Of a stretch of DNA of 59,782 bases, positions 35,729 through 46,112 are shown in pieces. Every line of letters starts with the position of its first letter. The stretch's first letter is position 1. The stretch is from Chloroflexota bacterium (lineage in GTDB: Bacteria; Chloroflexota; Dehalococcoidia; UBA2979). A program made the position numbers and the translations under genes. Below the pieces are notes generated by a model. That model ran no database searches and was not told where the DNA came from. It saw only the letters and a list, made by a program, of their open reading frames with translations. The DNA is taken from assembly GCA_009839925.1 (NCBI GenBank), contig VXOS01000050.1, positions 1 through 59,782 of the forward strand, given 5' to 3'.

Positions 35729-36880
35729 ATGACCCACAAGATTCTGGTCGTTGACGACGAGCCCGATCTCGAACCTCTGATGCTGCAGCGCATGCGCCGC
35801 GCCATCCGGCGCGGTGTCTACGAGTTCGTCTTCGCCCGCAACGGTATCGAGGCGCTGCAGAAGCTCGACGAGCAGGACGACATCGACATGGTCCTCTCGG
35901 ACATCAACATGCCCGAGATGGACGGCCTCACCCTGCTGGAGCAGATCCCCTCGGTGAACCCGGACATCCGGGCCGTGATCATCTCCGCCTACGGTGACAT
36001 GCAGAACATCCGCACCGCGATGAACCGCGGCGCCTTCGACTTCGTGACCAAGCCGCTCGACTTCGACGACCTGCGGATCACCGTGGACCGCACCCTCCAA
36101 CACGTCGAGGAGTGGCGTGATGCGCTCAAGAGCCGCGACCGGCTGGTAACGCTCCAGAACGAGTTGGACGTCGCCAGCAAGATGCAGCAGTCGATCCTCC
36201 CCACCTCCTTCCCCAGCGGACCGACCTACAAGGTCTTCGGGACCATGGAGCCGGCGCGGAACGTGGGAGGCGACTTCTACGACGTTGTTCGCCTGCAGGA
36301 CGATCAGATCGGCCTCGCCATCGCGGACGTCTCCGGCAAGGGCGTACCCGCCGCGCTGTTCATGATGTCCAGCCGCACCCTGCTCAAGGGCGCCGCGATC
36401 AGCTTCCACGAACCCGGCGAGGTTCTCTCGGAAGTCAATAACCTGATTCAGGAGGACGACACGGCCGGCATGTTCGTCACCATGCTGTACGCCACGTACA
36501 GTCCCGCCACCGGGGTCTTCACATACGCCAGCGGAGGCCACGATCCCCCACTCGTGATCCACGCCGACGGCAGCTCCACCCTGCTGCCCCTGACCGGGGG
36601 GATCGCCCTCGGCGTGGTGCCGGGTCTTGAGTACCGGCAGGAGAGCTACACGCTCGCGCCGGACGACACCGTGATCCTCTACACCGACGGCGTCACGGAG
36701 GCCACCAACATCGACGACGAACTGCTCGGCATCGAAGGCGTGCGCGAGTACTTCGGGCCCGGGCACCTGTCCACCGACGCCGAGGCGACCGGCATGGAGG
36801 TCATGAACGTCGTCCGCGACTTCACGGGCGACGCGCCTCAGCACGACGACATCACCTGCCTGACCCTGCGACAGGGGTAG
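35729..36880 (+). CDS. response-regulator receiver fused to PP2C (SpoIIE/RsbU-type) phosphatase
   Basis: The REC domain shows KILVVDDEPD...MVLSDINMPEMDG...TKP. The PP2C part shows GGDFYDV, IADVSGKGVPAALFM, YASGGHDPP, LYTDGVTEA and the C-terminal QHDDITCL. Confidence 0.85.
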   Translation: MTHKILVVDDEPDLEPLMLQRMRRAIRRGVYEFVFARNGIEALQKLDEQDDIDMVLSDINMPEMDGLTLLEQIPSVNPDIRAVIISAYGDMQNIRTAMNRGAFDFVTKPLDFDDLRITVDRTLQHVEEWRDALKSRDRLVTLQNELDVASKMQQSILPTSFPSGPTYKVFGTMEPARNVGGDFYDVVRLQDDQIGLAIADVSGKGVPAALFMMSSRTLLKGAAISFHEPGEVLSEVNNLIQEDDTAGMFVTMLYATYSPATGVFTYASGGHDPPLVIHADGSSTLLPLTGGIALGVVPGLEYRQESYTLAPDDTVILYTDGVTEATNIDDELLGIEGVREYFGPGHLSTDAEATGMEVMNVVRDFTGDAPQHDDITCLTLRQG

Positions 36881-36884
36881 CGAG

Positions 36885-37304
36885 TTGAGCGCCTCACTGT
36901 CACTCACCGTCAAGACCGCCCGGGACGAACTGGAGCGGATCACTGCCGCCATCGACAATTTGGCGGAGGAGGACGACTGGCCGGCAGACCTGCTTTTCCG
37001 GGTGCAGCTGGTGCTCGAAGAGCTGGCCCTGAACATCGTGGACTACGGACATGACGACGACACGAGCGACTTCGAGATCGCCTTCATGTCCGAAGGGGAT
37101 TCGCTGACCATCGAGATCGTAGACGGCGGACGGGCGTTCGATCCCCTGAACGACGCTCCGGAACCGGATCTCACCTCGGGGGTCGCGGAGCGGCGCGTCG
37201 GGGGTCTCGGCGTCCACTTCGTGCGTACGCTGATGGACGATGTGCAGTACGAGCGCTCCGCGGGCAAGAACCGCTTGAAGATGGTCACCCGCAAGGTCAG
37301 ATGA
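36885..37304 (+). CDS. anti-sigma regulatory factor, Ser/Thr kinase (RsbW/SpoIIAB-like HATPase)
   Basis: TTG start 4 nt after the previous stop. 139 aa with EELALNIVDYGH (N-box-like), IVDGGRAFDP and GGLGVHFVRTLMD (G-boxes). Confidence 0.7.
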   Translation: MSASLSLTVKTARDELERITAAIDNLAEEDDWPADLLFRVQLVLEELALNIVDYGHDDDTSDFEIAFMSEGDSLTIEIVDGGRAFDPLNDAPEPDLTSGVAERRVGGLGVHFVRTLMDDVQYERSAGKNRLKMVTRKVR

Positions 37305-38569
37305 GGCGCGAGGGCCCCATGCGAGTCGGCGGGCTGGTGGGAGTCTGTCTGGCGCTCGCGGCGCTCCTCCTGGCAGGCTGCACCGGCGGCGACGGCGCTC
37401 CCGACGGCGGCCCCGGGGGCGGCACTCCCGAGCCCACCCCGACCGCCCAGACCGGGACGCCCGGCGTGTACGAGGACCGGATCCTGTTCGGCCAGTCCGC
37501 CGCGTTCAACGGCCCCGCCCAGGAACTCGGCAAGAACATGCGGATCGGGATCGAGGCCGCGTTCTTCGAGGCCAACATCGCCGGGGGCGTGCACGGCCGG
37601 ATACTCGAACTCACCTCCCTCGACGACTCGTACGAGCCGGAAGCCGCGATCGCCAATACCCGCCGGCTGATCGAGGAAGAGAACGTGTTCGCCTTGATCG
37701 GGGCGGTGGGCACTCCCACCTCTCGCTCCGCGACGCCGATCGCGGCGGAGGCGGGCGTCCCCTACATCGCACCGTTCACCGGCGCAGCGTTCCTGCGCGA
37801 CCCGGAGTGGCGGAACATCATCAATCTGCGCGCCTCCTACAACCAGGAGACCGAGGAGATGGTCGCCCGGCTGATCGGCGATCTGGGCATCGAGCGTATC
37901 GGCATCATGTACCAGGACGACTCCTACGGCCGCGCCGGCTACCGGGGATCGCTGGCAGCGCTGGAACGCCGGGGACTCGAACCCGTCGCCGTCGGCCTCT
38001 ACCCCCGCAACACGACGGCCGTGAAGACGGCGCTGCTCGATCTCCGCGAGGGCAGCCCGGACGCCGTGATCATGATCGGCGCCTACGAGCCGATGGCTGC
38101 CCTGATCAAGTGGGGGCGGACTACCGGGTTCAACCCCGTCTTCCTGAACGTCTCGTTCGTCGGCAGCAACGCGCTGGCCCGGGAATTGGGCCCGGACGGC
38201 GCCGGGGTCGTCGTCACCCAGGTTGTGCCGTTCCCGGACGACGACTCGCTCCCGGTGATCGCGGCCTACAAGCGCGCCCTCCGGCTCTCCTCGCCGGACG
38301 CCGTGCCGGGCTTCGTCTCCCTCGAGGGGTACCTCGCGGGCCGGCTCGCCATCGCCGGGCTCGAGAGCTGCGGTCGCGATGTGGACCGCGCCTGCTTCGT
38401 CGACGCTCTGCTCGGGGCCGACGCCATCGACCTCGAGGGGTTCGGCCTCAGCTTCGGCGAGGGCGACAATCAGGGCTCCGACGCCGTCTTCATCACGGTG
38501 ATCGGCGCAGACGGCAGCTACCATCCCATTGAGAACCTGCAGGACGTGGAGACATGGTCGAACAACTGA
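37301..38569 (+). CDS. periplasmic binding protein, Leu/Ile/Val (LivJ, type-1 PBP) family, lipoprotein
   Basis: ATGA overlap with the upstream gene. LALAALLLAGC lipobox followed by a Gly/Pro linker. ILFGQSAAFNGPAQELG...ALIGAVGTPT...YQDDSYG pattern of Peripla_BP_6-type proteins. Confidence 0.75.
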   Translation: MRREGPMRVGGLVGVCLALAALLLAGCTGGDGAPDGGPGGGTPEPTPTAQTGTPGVYEDRILFGQSAAFNGPAQELGKNMRIGIEAAFFEANIAGGVHGRILELTSLDDSYEPEAAIANTRRLIEEENVFALIGAVGTPTSRSATPIAAEAGVPYIAPFTGAAFLRDPEWRNIINLRASYNQETEEMVARLIGDLGIERIGIMYQDDSYGRAGYRGSLAALERRGLEPVAVGLYPRNTTAVKTALLDLREGSPDAVIMIGAYEPMAALIKWGRTTGFNPVFLNVSFVGSNALARELGPDGAGVVVTQVVPFPDDDSLPVIAAYKRALRLSSPDAVPGFVSLEGYLAGRLAIAGLESCGRDVDRACFVDALLGADAIDLEGFGLSFGEGDNQGSDAVFITVIGADGSYHPIENLQDVETWSNN

Positions 38570-40731
38570 AGCGCCTGCTCGCGAGCCGCTTCCGGATCTC
38601 CACCCAGCTGTACCTGGCGATGGGCGGCGCGGTCGTGCTCACCCTCGCCGCCAGTCTGGTCGGCTGGTTCTCCTTCAACCAGGTGGGAGCCGTCCAGAGC
38701 CAGGTCAACGAAGGCAGCGTGCCGGAGCTGGCGGCCGCGTTCGGCGTCGCCCAGTACAGCGGCAACCTCGTAGCTGCGGCCCCCAACCTCACCGTCGCCG
38801 CCACTCCCGAAGAGTTCGACCAGGTCGTCCGCAGTATCGACGCGGCATACGCCTCGTTCGAGGAGCAGATGGCCACGCTCGAAATGGGCAACGCCGAACG
38901 CGCGCGCGTCCTGCGCATCCGCGAGCGCGCCGACACGATCATCGCAAACATCGAAGCCATCGAGACCGAGACGTCCGGCGTGTTCGACCTGATCGCGCGC
39001 CGCGAAGCGCTCCAGCTCGAGCTGACGGAGGTGCGCGCCCAGCTGGACGACGCCCTTGCCCCGGCCATCGATGACCAGCTCTTCTACGCGCTCACCGGGT
39101 ACCGCAACCTCTCGGCGCCTCCGGCGCCCCGCGAGCAGCATCTTTCGGAGGAGCAGTTCGTTCGCTACCGGCGCCTCGCCGAGTTGCAGGCAGACGTGAA
39201 CATCGCAACCGAGCTTCTCGCCAACGCCTTCACCCTGCCCGACGCATCCCTGATCGAGCCGCTGAGGGAGCGCTTCGAGTCCACCGCCAGCCGGATCGAC
39301 CGGAACCTGTCGGCGCTCGTGGGGTCGTCCTTCTACATCGAAGCCGTGCCCATCTTCGACCGCCTATTCGCGCTGGGCTCGGGCGAGGACAGCGTGTTCG
39401 GCGTGTTTGCGGCCGAACTGAGGATCGCGGAGCGGCAGGCGGAGTTGCTCGGCCTCAACCGCGATCTCTCCGTGGAGCTGGTTGCGGAGGTCAACGGGCT
39501 GGTCGGCGCCGCCCAGGCGAGCACCGAGGAAGCCACCGAGGCATCCACCCAGGCGATCTTCACCGGCCGCGTGCTGCTGCTCGCCATTATCGCGATCAGC
39601 ATCACGGGCGCGCTACTCATCACGTGGCTCTTCATCGGGCGGGTGCTGCTGCGGCGCATCGGGATGCTCTCCCAGTGGATGCGTGACATGGCCCAGGGCG
39701 ACCTGGAGGTCCGCGCCGACATCGGGGGGCGTGACGAGGTCGCGGAGATGGCCGCCGCCCTCGACGTGTTCCGGCGTCACGCGCTGGAGGTGCAGCGCCT
39801 CAACCTGGTCGAGGAACTCGCGGAGGAGCTCCAGGGCAAGAACGACGAGCTCGAGGACGTGCTGTCCCAGCTGCAGCAGGCTCAGGACCAGATCGTCATG
39901 CGCGAGAAGCTGGCCGCGCTCGGCGAGCTCACCGCGGGCGTCGCCCACGAAATCCGCAACCCGCTGAACTTCGTCAACAACTTCTCCGAGGCCTCCGGCG
40001 AGCTGGTCGAGGAACTCAAGGAGATCCTCGAAGAGGAGGGCGTGGAACTCGACGAGGAGCAGCGCGACCTCGTCGAGGAGATCACGGGCGATCTCACCAG
40101 CAACGTCGAGCGGATCCGCTCGCACGGCGAGCGCGCGAACCGCATCGTGCAAGACATGCTGAGCATGGGTCGCGGATCGCAGGAGTGGCAGACCACCGAC
40201 ATCAACGGCCTGGTGGACCAGCACGCGCTGCTGGCCTACCACAGCGCGCGCGCCACGAACCCGGACTTCCAGCTCGACATCCAGCGGGAATTCGATCCCA
40301 ACACCGGTGAGCTGGAAGTCATCCCGCAGGACCTGGGACGCGTCTTCCTCAACCTGGTCAGCAACGCGTGTCACGCGACCAACGAGAGACGTGTCGCCAG
40401 CGCGGCAGACGGGGGACCGTACCACCCGATGCTCACGCTGATCACGCGGCGCGAGGACAGCGAGGTCCAGATCTGCATCCGCGACAACGGGACCGGCATC
40501 CCGGAGGACGTCATCGAGAAGATCTTCAATCCCTTCTTCACGACCAAGCCGACGGATCAGGGCACCGGCCTCGGGCTGGCGATCTCCGCCGACATCGTGC
40601 GTCGTCACGGCGGGCACATCAGCGTCCAGTCGGAGCCAGGCGAGTTCACGGAGATGACCATCGCGCTGCCGCTGCAGCGGCCGCCGGAGCCGGATCCGAC
40701 CGCGCTCGCCGCCCACCCCGGCTTCGAGTAG
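38554..40731 (+). CDS. sensor histidine kinase (two transmembrane segments, large extracytoplasmic domain, HAMP, HisKA, HATPase)
   Basis: Overlaps the binding-protein gene by 16 nt. HAMP at [22 protein letters not shown]...[13 protein letters not shown]-box [13 protein letters not shown]-box [12 protein letters not shown]1 [10 protein letters not shown]2 GTGLGLAIS. No receiver domain. Confidence 0.85.
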   Translation: MVEQLKRLLASRFRISTQLYLAMGGAVVLTLAASLVGWFSFNQVGAVQSQVNEGSVPELAAAFGVAQYSGNLVAAAPNLTVAATPEEFDQVVRSIDAAYASFEEQMATLEMGNAERARVLRIRERADTIIANIEAIETETSGVFDLIARREALQLELTEVRAQLDDALAPAIDDQLFYALTGYRNLSAPPAPREQHLSEEQFVRYRRLAELQADVNIATELLANAFTLPDASLIEPLRERFESTASRIDRNLSALVGSSFYIEAVPIFDRLFALGSGEDSVFGVFAAELRIAERQAELLGLNRDLSVELVAEVNGLVGAAQASTEEATEASTQAIFTGRVLLLAIIAISITGALLITWLFIGRVLLRRIGMLSQWMRDMAQGDLEVRADIGGRDEVAEMAAALDVFRRHALEVQRLNLVEELAEELQGKNDELEDVLSQLQQAQDQIVMREKLAALGELTAGVAHEIRNPLNFVNNFSEASGELVEELKEILEEEGVELDEEQRDLVEEITGDLTSNVERIRSHGERANRIVQDMLSMGRGSQEWQTTDINGLVDQHALLAYHSARATNPDFQLDIQREFDPNTGELEVIPQDLGRVFLNLVSNACHATNERRVASAADGGPYHPMLTLITRREDSEVQICIRDNGTGIPEDVIEKIFNPFFTTKPTDQGTGLGLAISADIVRRHGGHISVQSEPGEFTEMTIALPLQRPPEPDPTALAAHPGFE

Positions 40732-40913
40732 CCGCCCGACCGCCAGGCCGCCCGGCCACCGCCGCAGCCCGTGGGGCGAGTCGGCGGTATGATCGCCAGC
40801 ACCGCGCGCGGATCGACAGCACCGCGCGCAGGGCGAAGAGGTTGCGGCATGGACACGTTCCGGACTGGGACCGATTCGTCCAGCGACGGCGACCCGCCTC
40901 ACGAGGCGGCCGC

Positions 40914-42128
40914 ATGACTACGACCGCGGACCGCTCCGCACTGCCCGATGAGCGCGGCTACTTCGGCGGCTTCGGCGGCCGCTACGTGCCCGAGACGCTG
41001 ATGCCCGCCCTTGCCGAGTTGGAGGAGGCGTACCGGGCCGCGCGGGAGGATGCGGCCTTCGGCGAGGAGCTCGACCGGCTGCTGCGCGAGTTCGTCGGCC
41101 GGCCCACGCCGATCACGCGCGCGGACCGCCTCGCAGAGCGCATTGCCGGCGAGGGCGCGCCGCGCGTCTACCTCAAGCGCGAGGACCTCACGCACACCGG
41201 CGCGCACAAGATCAACGCCGCGCTGGCGCAGGGCCTGCTCGCGCAGCGCATGGGCAAGCCGCGCATCGTCGCGGAGACCGGCGCCGGGCAGCACGGCGTC
41301 GCCACCGCCACCGCCTGCGCGCTGCTCGGCCTCGAGTGCGTCGTCTACATGGGCGCGGAGGACGTGCGGCGCCAGGCGCTCAACGTCTTCCGCATGAAGC
41401 TGCTCGGCGCCGAGGTGCGCACCGTGGAGTCCGGCTCGCGCACGCTCAAGGACGCGATCAACGAGGCGATCCGCGACTGGGTCACCAACGTGCGCACCAC
41501 GCACTACCTGCTCGGCTCGGTCGTGGGACCGCACCCTTACCCGCTGCTGGTCCGCGACTTCCAGGCCGTGATTGGCCACGAGGCGCGCGCGCAGCTGATC
41601 GAGGCCGAGGGGCGGCTGCCATCGATCGCCCTCGCCTGCGTCGGTGGCGGCTCCAACGCGATCGGGCTGTTCCACGCCTTCGTCGACGACCCCGTGCGGC
41701 TGATCGGCGTCGAGGCGGCGGGCGAGGGCCTGGAGGGGCGACACGCGGCCCCGCTGGCGGCGGGCGCGCCCGGCGTGCTGCACGGCTCGCGCTCCTACCT
41801 GCTGCAGGACGCGCACGGGCAAGTCACCGAAGCGCACTCGATCTCGGCCGGCCTCGACTACCCCGGCGTGGGGCCGGAGCACGCCTGGTTGAAGGTCAGC
41901 GAGCGCGCCGAGTACGTCTCCGTCACCGACGCGGAGGCGCTCGCCGCCTTCCGCCTGCTGAGCGAGACGGAGGGCATCATCCCCGCGCTGGAGCCCGCCC
42001 ACGCGCTCGCCCACCTCGCGAGGCTGCTGCCGGAGCTGGGCGAGGACGAGCTGGTGCTCGTCAACCTCAGCGGACGCGGCGACAAGGACATGGGCACGGT
42101 CGCCGACGCGCTCGGCGTCACGCTGTAG
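40914..42128 (+). CDS. trpB: tryptophan synthase beta chain
   Basis: Internal [37 protein letters not shown] (PLP lysine), [21 protein letters not shown]. Confidence 0.9.
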   Translation: MTTTADRSALPDERGYFGGFGGRYVPETLMPALAELEEAYRAAREDAAFGEELDRLLREFVGRPTPITRADRLAERIAGEGAPRVYLKREDLTHTGAHKINAALAQGLLAQRMGKPRIVAETGAGQHGVATATACALLGLECVVYMGAEDVRRQALNVFRMKLLGAEVRTVESGSRTLKDAINEAIRDWVTNVRTTHYLLGSVVGPHPYPLLVRDFQAVIGHEARAQLIEAEGRLPSIALACVGGGSNAIGLFHAFVDDPVRLIGVEAAGEGLEGRHAAPLAAGAPGVLHGSRSYLLQDAHGQVTEAHSISAGLDYPGVGPEHAWLKVSERAEYVSVTDAEALAAFRLLSETEGIIPALEPAHALAHLARLLPELGEDELVLVNLSGRGDKDMGTVADALGVTL

Positions 42129-42188
42129 GCCCGCGAGCCCGGCTCGCGCCGCAGTGCGGCAGCGCGGGGCGCCTGTTACGCTCGCTGT

Positions 42189-42905
42189 GTGATCGCTGAG
42201 CCTGCGGCGACGGCAACCGGAACCCTCCCACCGCTCTGGCGCGTGCGCGACATGGTCTCCGCCTTCTGCGTCGTCGTCCTCTCATTCGCGGCGCTGGGCC
42301 TGCTGATCGCCGCCACGGCGCAGCGAGGCGAGGGCATCAACCCCGCCGGCGCGACCGCGATCATCGCCTTCAATTTGCTCCTGGTGGCCACGGTTTTGCT
42401 GCTCGCGACACGGCGCGGCATCACGGCGGCGGACCTCGGGTTCGTGCGGCCTCGCGTCTGGGGCCCGCTGGCGATCGCCTGGGCCGGCGCCTACGTGATC
42501 CTGATCTGCTACGTGGCGGCGATCGCGCTGCTCGAGGCGCTCGGACTCTCCGTCGACGCGTTCAAGGGAACCAACACGATCGACTTCGACCACGACCGCG
42601 TCGTGCTCGTCCTAGCGCTCGGCATCGCGACGATCGTCGGCGCGCCGTTCAGCGAGGAGCTGCTGTTCCGCGGGCTGCTGCACCGCGGGCTGCGCGGCTA
42701 CTGGCGGCCGCTTCCGGCGATGTCCCTGAGCGGCGCACTCTTCAGCGTCTTCCACCTGAACCTCGGCGTGCTGGTGCCGTTCGCCTTCATCGGCGCGTTG
42801 TGGGCGTGGGCCTACGAGGAGTCCGGCTCGCTCTGGACGACGATCGCGGCCCACGCCGGCGTCAACAGCGTCGCATTCATCGCTACACTGCTGTTCCTGG
42901 AGTGA
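42189..42905 (+). CDS. CPBP-family (CAAX, Abi-type) intramembrane glutamic protease
   Basis: Multi-pass hydrophobic 238-aa protein with the SEELLFRGLL motif and later FSVFH and IAAHAGVN His motifs. Confidence 0.7.
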   Translation: MIAEPAATATGTLPPLWRVRDMVSAFCVVVLSFAALGLLIAATAQRGEGINPAGATAIIAFNLLLVATVLLLATRRGITAADLGFVRPRVWGPLAIAWAGAYVILICYVAAIALLEALGLSVDAFKGTNTIDFDHDRVVLVLALGIATIVGAPFSEELLFRGLLHRGLRGYWRPLPAMSLSGALFSVFHLNLGVLVPFAFIGALWAWAYEESGSLWTTIAAHAGVNSVAFIATLLFLE

Positions 42906-42914
42906 ATCACGCGA

Positions 42915-43730
42915 ATGACTGATCGCATCGCGCAGCTGTTCGAGCGCACGCGGGCCGAGGGCCGTCCGGCGCTGATCGCGTTCGTGCCGGGCTGCTGGCC
43001 GGAGCCGGACGCCACGCCCGGCATCGTCCGCGCGCTGCTCGAGGGCGGTGCGGACGCCGTCGAGCTCGGCGTGCCGTTCAGTGACCCGCTCGCCGACGGC
43101 GTCACCAACCAGGCCGCCTACCAGCAGGCGCTCGACGCCGGCGTGACGCAGGACGACGTGCTCGCCAGCGTCCGGGCGCTGCGCGAGGACGGCGTCTCCG
43201 CACCGCTGCTGCTGATGGGATACTTCAACCCGATGCTGGCGAGGGGAACAGCGTCATTCACGCGCGCCGCCGCCGAGGCCGGCGTCGACGGGCTCGTCGT
43301 CGTCGACCTGCCCGTCGAGGAGGCGGCGGAGCTGGCGGAACCGGCGCGGGCGCACGGCGTGCACCTCGTCTACCTGCTGGCGCCGACCTCGACCAGGGAG
43401 CGCATCGCGGCGGTCGGCGAGCACGGCAGCGGCTTCGTCTATTGCGTGAGCGTCACCGGCGTGACCGGCGCGCGCGCGCAGGTCTCCGAGGAGCTCCCGG
43501 CGTTCATCGCACGCGTGCGCGAGCACGCCGCGCTCCCGCTCGCGGTTGGCTTCGGCATCTCGGCGCGCGAGCATGTCGAGGAAGTCGGCCGCATCGCCGA
43601 CGCCGCGATCGTGGGGAGTGCGGTGGTGCAGACGATCAGCGAGGCGCCTCGGGAGCGGCGGCATGACGCTGTGCGCGGCCTGATGGAGCGACTGAGCGGG
43701 CGCGCAACGGCGAAGGCGGCAGCGTCATGA
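42915..43730 (+). CDS. trpA: tryptophan synthase alpha chain
   Basis: ALIAFVPGCWPE, VELGVPFSDPLADG, YCVSVTGVTGAR, VGFGIS motifs. Confidence 0.9.
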   Translation: MTDRIAQLFERTRAEGRPALIAFVPGCWPEPDATPGIVRALLEGGADAVELGVPFSDPLADGVTNQAAYQQALDAGVTQDDVLASVRALREDGVSAPLLLMGYFNPMLARGTASFTRAAAEAGVDGLVVVDLPVEEAAELAEPARAHGVHLVYLLAPTSTRERIAAVGEHGSGFVYCVSVTGVTGARAQVSEELPAFIARVREHAALPLAVGFGISAREHVEEVGRIADAAIVGSAVVQTISEAPRERRHDAVRGLMERLSGRATAKAAAS

Positions 43731-44116
43731 TGGTTCGCGGGATCCGGGGCGCCACATCCGTACGCGCGAACACGCGCGAGGCGATCATCGACGCGGCCAC
43801 GGAGCTGCTGCAGGCCGTCGTCGACGCCAACGAGATCGAGCACTCGCACGTCGCCTCGGTGTTCTTCACCACCACGCCGGACCTCGACGCCGAGTTCCCC
43901 GCCGTCGCCGCGCGCGAGGCGGGGTGGACGAACGTGCCGTTGCTGTGCGGCCACGAGATGGCGGTGCCGGGCGCGCTGCCTCGCTGCATGCGGCTGTTGA
44001 TGCACGTCAACACGGACCGCCCGCCCGAGGAGATCCGGCACGTTTACCTGCATGAAGCCGCGGCGCTGCGCCCGGACCTCTCCTCGCACGGCGATGGGGG
44101 GTGCGACGGCCGGTGA
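43727..44116 (+). CDS. aroH: chorismate mutase, AroH class
   Basis: MMVRGIRGATSV...SVFFTTTPDLDAEFPA...LLCGHEMAVPG...CMRLLMHVN is the monofunctional AroH pattern. ATGA overlap with trpA. Confidence 0.8.
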   Translation: MMVRGIRGATSVRANTREAIIDAATELLQAVVDANEIEHSHVASVFFTTTPDLDAEFPAVAAREAGWTNVPLLCGHEMAVPGALPRCMRLLMHVNTDRPPEEIRHVYLHEAAALRPDLSSHGDGGCDGR

Positions 44117-45153
44117 TCGTCGTCATGCGCATCGACAGCAGCGAGGAACAGGGCGCCGCGGTGATCGAGCGCATCGAGTCCTTCGGGCTGCGCGGCGAGG
44201 TGATCCACGGCGAGCAACGCAAGGTGATCGCCGTCCTCGGGCAGGTCTTCCCCGACCTCCGCGACGAGCTGGCGACGATGGTGGGCGTGGACCAGGTGCT
44301 GCGCGTCTCGCGCCCCTACAAGCTCGCCAGCCGCGAGGTTCGCGAAGGGGACACCGTCGTCGACCTCCCCTACGGCGTCAGCATCGGGAACGGGCGGCCC
44401 GTGGTGATGGCCGGGCCGTGCGCGATCGAGTCGGAGGAGCAGCTGCGGGAGACCGCGGCGCAGGTCAAGCAGGCCGGGGCGCATATCCTGCGCGGGGGCG
44501 CGTTCAAGCCGCGCACCTCGCCCTACTCGTTCCACGGGCTCGGTCTCGAGGCGCTGGAGATGTTGCAGCGCGCCGGCAGCGAGTACCAGCTGCCGGTGAT
44601 TACGGAGCTGCTCTCCGAGCGCGACGTGGACGTCGTCACGGAGCACTCGGACGTGCTGCAGATCGGCGCGCGCAACATGCAGAACTTCGTGCTGCTCTCC
44701 GAGGCCGGGAAGACGGGCAAGCCCGTGATGCTCAAGCGCGGGCTCTCCGCCACGATCGAGGAGTGGCTGCTCTCCGCCGAGTACATCCTCACCCAGGGCA
44801 ACCGCGACGTGATCCTCTGCGAGCGCGGAGTGCGCACCTTCGAGACCGCGACGCGCAACACGCTCGACCTCAACGCCGTCGCGCTCGTGAAGCGGCTCAG
44901 CCACCTGCCGGTCGTCGTCGACCCCTCGCACGGGACGGGGCACTGGTACCTCGTGCGGCCGATGGCGACCGCCGGCCTGGCGGTTGGCGCGGACGGCCTG
45001 ATGATCGAGGTTCACCCGGACCCGGACCGGGCGCTCTCCGACGGCGCGCAGTCGCTCACCCCGGAGCACTTCGACGAGCTGATGCAGGAGGCCTCGGCGC
45101 TCGGGCGCGCGATCGGCCGCCCGCTCGCCGAGCGGCCCCGGGCCGCGGCCTGA
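44101..45153 (+). CDS. 3-deoxy-7-phosphoheptulonate (DAHP) synthase, type I-beta with N-terminal ferredoxin-like regulatory domain
   Basis: [39 protein letters not shown]. An N-terminal extension of about 70 aa ([24 protein letters not shown]) resembles the regulatory domain of Thermotoga-type enzymes. Confidence 0.85.
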   Translation: MRRPVIVVMRIDSSEEQGAAVIERIESFGLRGEVIHGEQRKVIAVLGQVFPDLRDELATMVGVDQVLRVSRPYKLASREVREGDTVVDLPYGVSIGNGRPVVMAGPCAIESEEQLRETAAQVKQAGAHILRGGAFKPRTSPYSFHGLGLEALEMLQRAGSEYQLPVITELLSERDVDVVTEHSDVLQIGARNMQNFVLLSEAGKTGKPVMLKRGLSATIEEWLLSAEYILTQGNRDVILCERGVRTFETATRNTLDLNAVALVKRLSHLPVVVDPSHGTGHWYLVRPMATAGLAVGADGLMIEVHPDPDRALSDGAQSLTPEHFDELMQEASALGRAIGRPLAERPRAAA

Positions 45154-45167
45154 CGGCGGCGCACTCG

Positions 45168-46016
45168 ATGACCACACCACACCCCGCCGAGCAGCCAGCC
45201 CCGGACGAGGCGCCGGCAGCCGCCGCCGCTCCCTCCGACGCCGAGGCTGAACAGGGGGAACTCTTCGCCCTCGATCTGCCGAAGTTCCAGGGACCACTCG
45301 AGCTGCTGCTGCACCTGATCGAGCGGCGCGAGCTGGACATCACCGAGGTCTCGCTCGTCACCGTCACGGAGCAATACCTGGCGCACGTGCGCGAGGGCGA
45401 GCGCATCGACCTCGGTGCGCTCGCCTCGTTCATCGCGATGGGCGCGCGGCTGCTGCTGCTCAAGTCCCGTGCGCTGCTCCCGCGCGATCCCGAGGACGAG
45501 GACGAGGCCGACGAGAGCGACCCGCAGGCGCTGCTCGAGGCGCTGGAGGAGTACCGGCGCTACCGCCAGGCCGCCGAGCACCTCCGCGACCTCGAGACCG
45601 AGCACCGCACCGGCTACCGCCGCGAGGCCGCCCCGCCCGAGCTGCCGCTTCCGAGCGGCCTCGACGGCGTCAGCACGGACCAGCTCTACGCGCTGTTCCG
45701 TGAGGTGTTGGAGCGGCTCCCCGAGGAAGAGCCGCCAACCGAGATGGAGCGCGAGGCCGTGCAACTGCGCGATCGCGTTTCGTTGCTCACGGAGCGCCTC
45801 GAGCGGGAGCGCACGATCTCCTTCCGCGAGTTGATCGGCGCGGCCACCTCGCGGCTGGTCGTGATCGTGGACTTCCTCGCGGTGCTGGAGCTGATCCGCC
45901 GCCGCTATCTGGAGGCGCGCCAGGACGACGCGTTCGGCGAGATCACCCTCGCCCGCATCCAGGGCGCGCAGCCGCCCGCATCGCTGCCCTCCACGACCGA
46001 CTTCACCGAGGGTTAG
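45168..46016 (+). CDS. scpA: segregation and condensation protein A
   Basis: Internal ATG. FQGPLELLLHLIERRELDITEVSLVTVTEQYL is the ScpA signature. No scpB follows. Confidence 0.8.
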   Translation: MTTPHPAEQPAPDEAPAAAAAPSDAEAEQGELFALDLPKFQGPLELLLHLIERRELDITEVSLVTVTEQYLAHVREGERIDLGALASFIAMGARLLLLKSRALLPRDPEDEDEADESDPQALLEALEEYRRYRQAAEHLRDLETEHRTGYRREAAPPELPLPSGLDGVSTDQLYALFREVLERLPEEEPPTEMEREAVQLRDRVSLLTERLERERTISFRELIGAATSRLVVIVDFLAVLELIRRRYLEARQDDAFGEITLARIQGAQPPASLPSTTDFTEG

Positions 46017-46112
46017 CCGAGGCCGCGGAGCACGCCGGTCTGAACAGTGGCCGTTTGAGCCGCGATCCGGCCGGTGCTACGATCGGTATTCACGGCCGCG
46101 CCGACGGCGGCC

